A stretch of DNA of 64,000 nt. Source: a virus. The translations under genes and the position numbers were made by a program. Below, in pieces: positions 61,892 through 64,000 of this stretch. How positions within the stretch are numbered: position 1 is the first letter of the stretch; each line of letters begins with the position of its first letter. The notes under the pieces were generated by a model. It was not told the origin of the DNA. It saw nothing but the letters and a program-made list of their open reading frames with translations, and searched no databases. Location of the stretch: the IMG/VR virus record IMGVR_UViG_3300042547_000432; one strand, given 5' to 3'.

Positions 61892-64000
61892 TCAGGCTTG
61901 TGATTCAGTCCAGGAGATACGAGCAGTAACTGCGGTACGACCTCTTTCGTTAGCACCAGCACCAGGGAGCTGAGTATTCAAGAATGGAATTGTCGTAACA
62001 ACAGCGAGTGTTAGAACATCAGGACCATTCGGGAATACATAATCGCCACCAAGGATGCTGTTACCCATTTCAACCAGTTCACCCAGTTCTTGAACTGAAG
62101 GAGCACCAGCAGCAGCACGGAATTCGAAGATGGATACACCACCTGTGATTGTATCAGCTACTTGACCAGTGTGCTTAATAATTTGACATAGTGAAGGAGC
62201 ACCATAGTTAGTGAAGTAAGCAGCTTGAGACAAGTTACCATTGAGAATTAGACGAACCGAAGAAGCATCTCTTCTGGTTGCTGTTACGGTTGTATTTAAA
62301 ACACCCGTTGTTTGATCAGCAACTTCTGGAGTACAAACAATACCACAGGAATTCATCTTTAGAATCATTCGGTTAATAAGGTCTCTTTCTCCAAGAGGAC
62401 CGACAAGAGAACTTGCGACAGATGGAGCAAGGCGGATTGAAAGGATAGGAACGGCAGTACCAGATAGGTTGCCAGAAATACTGACAGTATCTGAACCAAC
62501 TGAACCAGAAGCAACCGTGAAGAGGTATGCCTTATCATCCTCAAATTTACCATCCATGATTACCGAAGCACCCCAGTGATAGAGTGATGGAGCATAAGTT
62601 GGATTATTACCGTTCTCAACTTCATAACGAGCAGGTAGGTTACCAGAACGGAGGTAAGCTTCATTCTCGTGGTTGTTGTGAACAAACTCATGAACATAAG
62701 TTACGATACCATCTTGATCTTTGAATCCAAAGCGAACCTTACCAGCACCATACCATGAGTAATCCATGTATGCCATTTGCTGACGGTGGATATCAAGTTT
62801 GAATCCAGTTACGCCATTACCATCACACTTGTCAATATTCCACTGTGATTGAGGCACCTTGAGATCACGAACCTTAGACATAATAATTTTTGATCTCGTA
62901 GTTCCTCTGTATGAAGGAGAAATGTGAATCGAGGTGTCGGAATCAACAGCAGTGACTTTATAAGTCATACCACGAACAGCAACGTAGTCACCAACAACTA
63001 ATTGCTTAGTGAATTTGGTGCCAGTTCCGACAATAGCATTAGATTTGAACGCACACGAAACAGTTCCCGCCATTTGCGCGGTAGCATTTCTTCTTACACA
63101 ATAGAGATCTTGACCATCATATTCAAAGAACATACCATTTTGGTCATCAAACATACCAGCACGAACCTTGGCATCTGCCCACTCATAAAGGAATAGAGCA
63201 GGGAATCCAGCAGGATTTACATCAGCAGGAACGCCATTTGTAGCATAACGGAATGTAAATTCATCAATAACATTATTGACTGTGAAGAATTGACCATTTG
63301 AAGGAGTTGTGTATGGTGTAGCAACACCACTGGTTACAGTTACATCTTCGATGATAATTTTGTTGCCAGCAACTAACTTATGTGGTTTTCTTGTAACAAC
63401 TGTGGCGAATTGAGTTCCGTCATGATTGATGCTTGAAACATCAATTGAAGGACTGAAGTTAATACCAGTTGAATACTGTAGACCTTTACCTGACTGATAA
63501 CGGAAGTATCTTCTGGTTTGTCTTACAATGTTTACTCCAGGAGCTTTTGCTGCGGAGATTTCAACACCACCATCAAATGATCTGTGTAGGTTCAAGCAGT
63601 CTGGTCTTACGAACATTTGAGTTTCGTAAATGAATGGAAGTGCCTGTAGAACACCATCACGAATGTTTGAGGTATTCTGGTTTAAGTAATAATTAGCATT
63701 GGTAAGAACGTTATCAGCAGATAAGGCACCACCAGATTGGTAACGAATGTATGAACTACCACAATAAGTAGCAGCAACCAAATAATGGTTAAAACCAGCA
63801 CCAGTTGAAGTAAGTGTAATACGCTGCATGGTTAGAGCGTTGCTCAAGTTGGCAGCAAGACGAATTACATCCTCATTGATCTTAATTACATAATAAGTTT
63901 GACCATCAGTTAAACCACCAATAGCATTACCGATACCAAATCCGTTCGAATAGTAAACTTTAACCCCAGTGTTTAGACCATGATTTGGAATGTAAATTTC
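61892..64000 (-). CDS. Large virion structural protein (5' end beyond the window)
   Basis: Frame open from 64000 (EIYIPNHGLNTG..) through track ORF 61892..63847; RYFRYQSGK, WYGAGKVRFGF. Confidence 0.8.
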   Translation of the reverse strand, partial: EIYIPNHGLNTGVKVYYSNGFGIGNAIGGLTDGQTYYVIKINEDVIRLAANLSNALTMQRITLTSTGAGFNHYLVAATYCGSSYIRYQSGGALSADNVLTNANYYLNQNTSNIRDGVLQALPFIYETQMFVRPDCLNLHRSFDGGVEISAAKAPGVNIVRQTRRYFRYQSGKGLQYSTGINFSPSIDVSSINHDGTQFATVVTRKPHKLVAGNKIIIEDVTVTSGVATPYTTPSNGQFFTVNNVIDEFTFRYATNGVPADVNPAGFPALFLYEWADAKVRAGMFDDQNGMFFEYDGQDLYCVRRNATAQMAGTVSCAFKSNAIVGTGTKFTKQLVVGDYVAVRGMTYKVTAVDSDTSIHISPSYRGTTRSKIIMSKVRDLKVPQSQWNIDKCDGNGVTGFKLDIHRQQMAYMDYSWYGAGKVRFGFKDQDGIVTYVHEFVHNNHENEAYLRSGNLPARYEVENGNNPTYAPSLYHWGASVIMDGKFEDDKAYLFTVASGSVGSDTVSISGNLSGTAVPILSIRLAPSVASSLVGPLGERDLINRMILKMNSCGIVCTPEVADQTTGVLNTTVTATRRDASSVRLILNGNLSQAAYFTNYGAPSLCQIIKHTGQVADTITGGVSIFEFRAAAGAPSVQELGELVEMGNSILGGDYVFPNGPDVLTLAVVTTIPFLNTQLPGAGANERGRTAVTARISWTESQA

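Noticed and set aside
1-64000. CRISPR array, tmRNA, tRNA-Cys, suppressor tRNA or stop-codon reassignment
   Set aside because: No spaced repeats, no tmRNA tag frame, no GCA/CTA/TCA anticodon found. Core genes are intact in code 11 and use all three stops.

Overview
64-kb segment of a T4-like cyanomyovirus genome (Kyanoviridae-type; gene content fits a cyanophage with a large tRNA set). Almost all genes are on the - strand. From the right end: head/tail morphogenesis (g13-g23, g3), uvsY/uvsW, g55/g47/g46, a CobS/CobT-like AAA+/vWA pair, the replisome (g45, g44, dam, g62, regA, hsp20, g43, uvsX, g41), mazG, cytidylyltransferase, primase and nrdAB. Next come a lysis module (C39-like peptidase, GH24 lysozyme, RlpA), then ~8 kb holding 23 tRNA genes (19 amino acids, no Cys seen) interspersed with structured non-tRNA RNAs, an HNH nuclease, a Phd-like antitoxin and an SLH-domain outer-membrane protein. 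The left end has a glutamine riboswitch with DUF4278, hli genes and a 2OG-Fe(II) oxygenase. The strongest new signal is a complete dnaX-style -1 ribosomal frameshift cassette (SD-like GGGAG, A_AAA_AAG, 5-nt spacer, 14-bp stem) joining the peptidase ORF to the lysozyme ORF. Other highlights are a tRNA mimic with two T-arms, a duplicated 96-nt RNA whose three differences all preserve pairing, tRNA-Ile(UAU) with a long V-arm, tRNA-Thr(AGU), and an rrn-like boxB/boxA leader on the tRNA operon. All RNA structures were folded by eye and all product names come from motif recognition; no database search was run.
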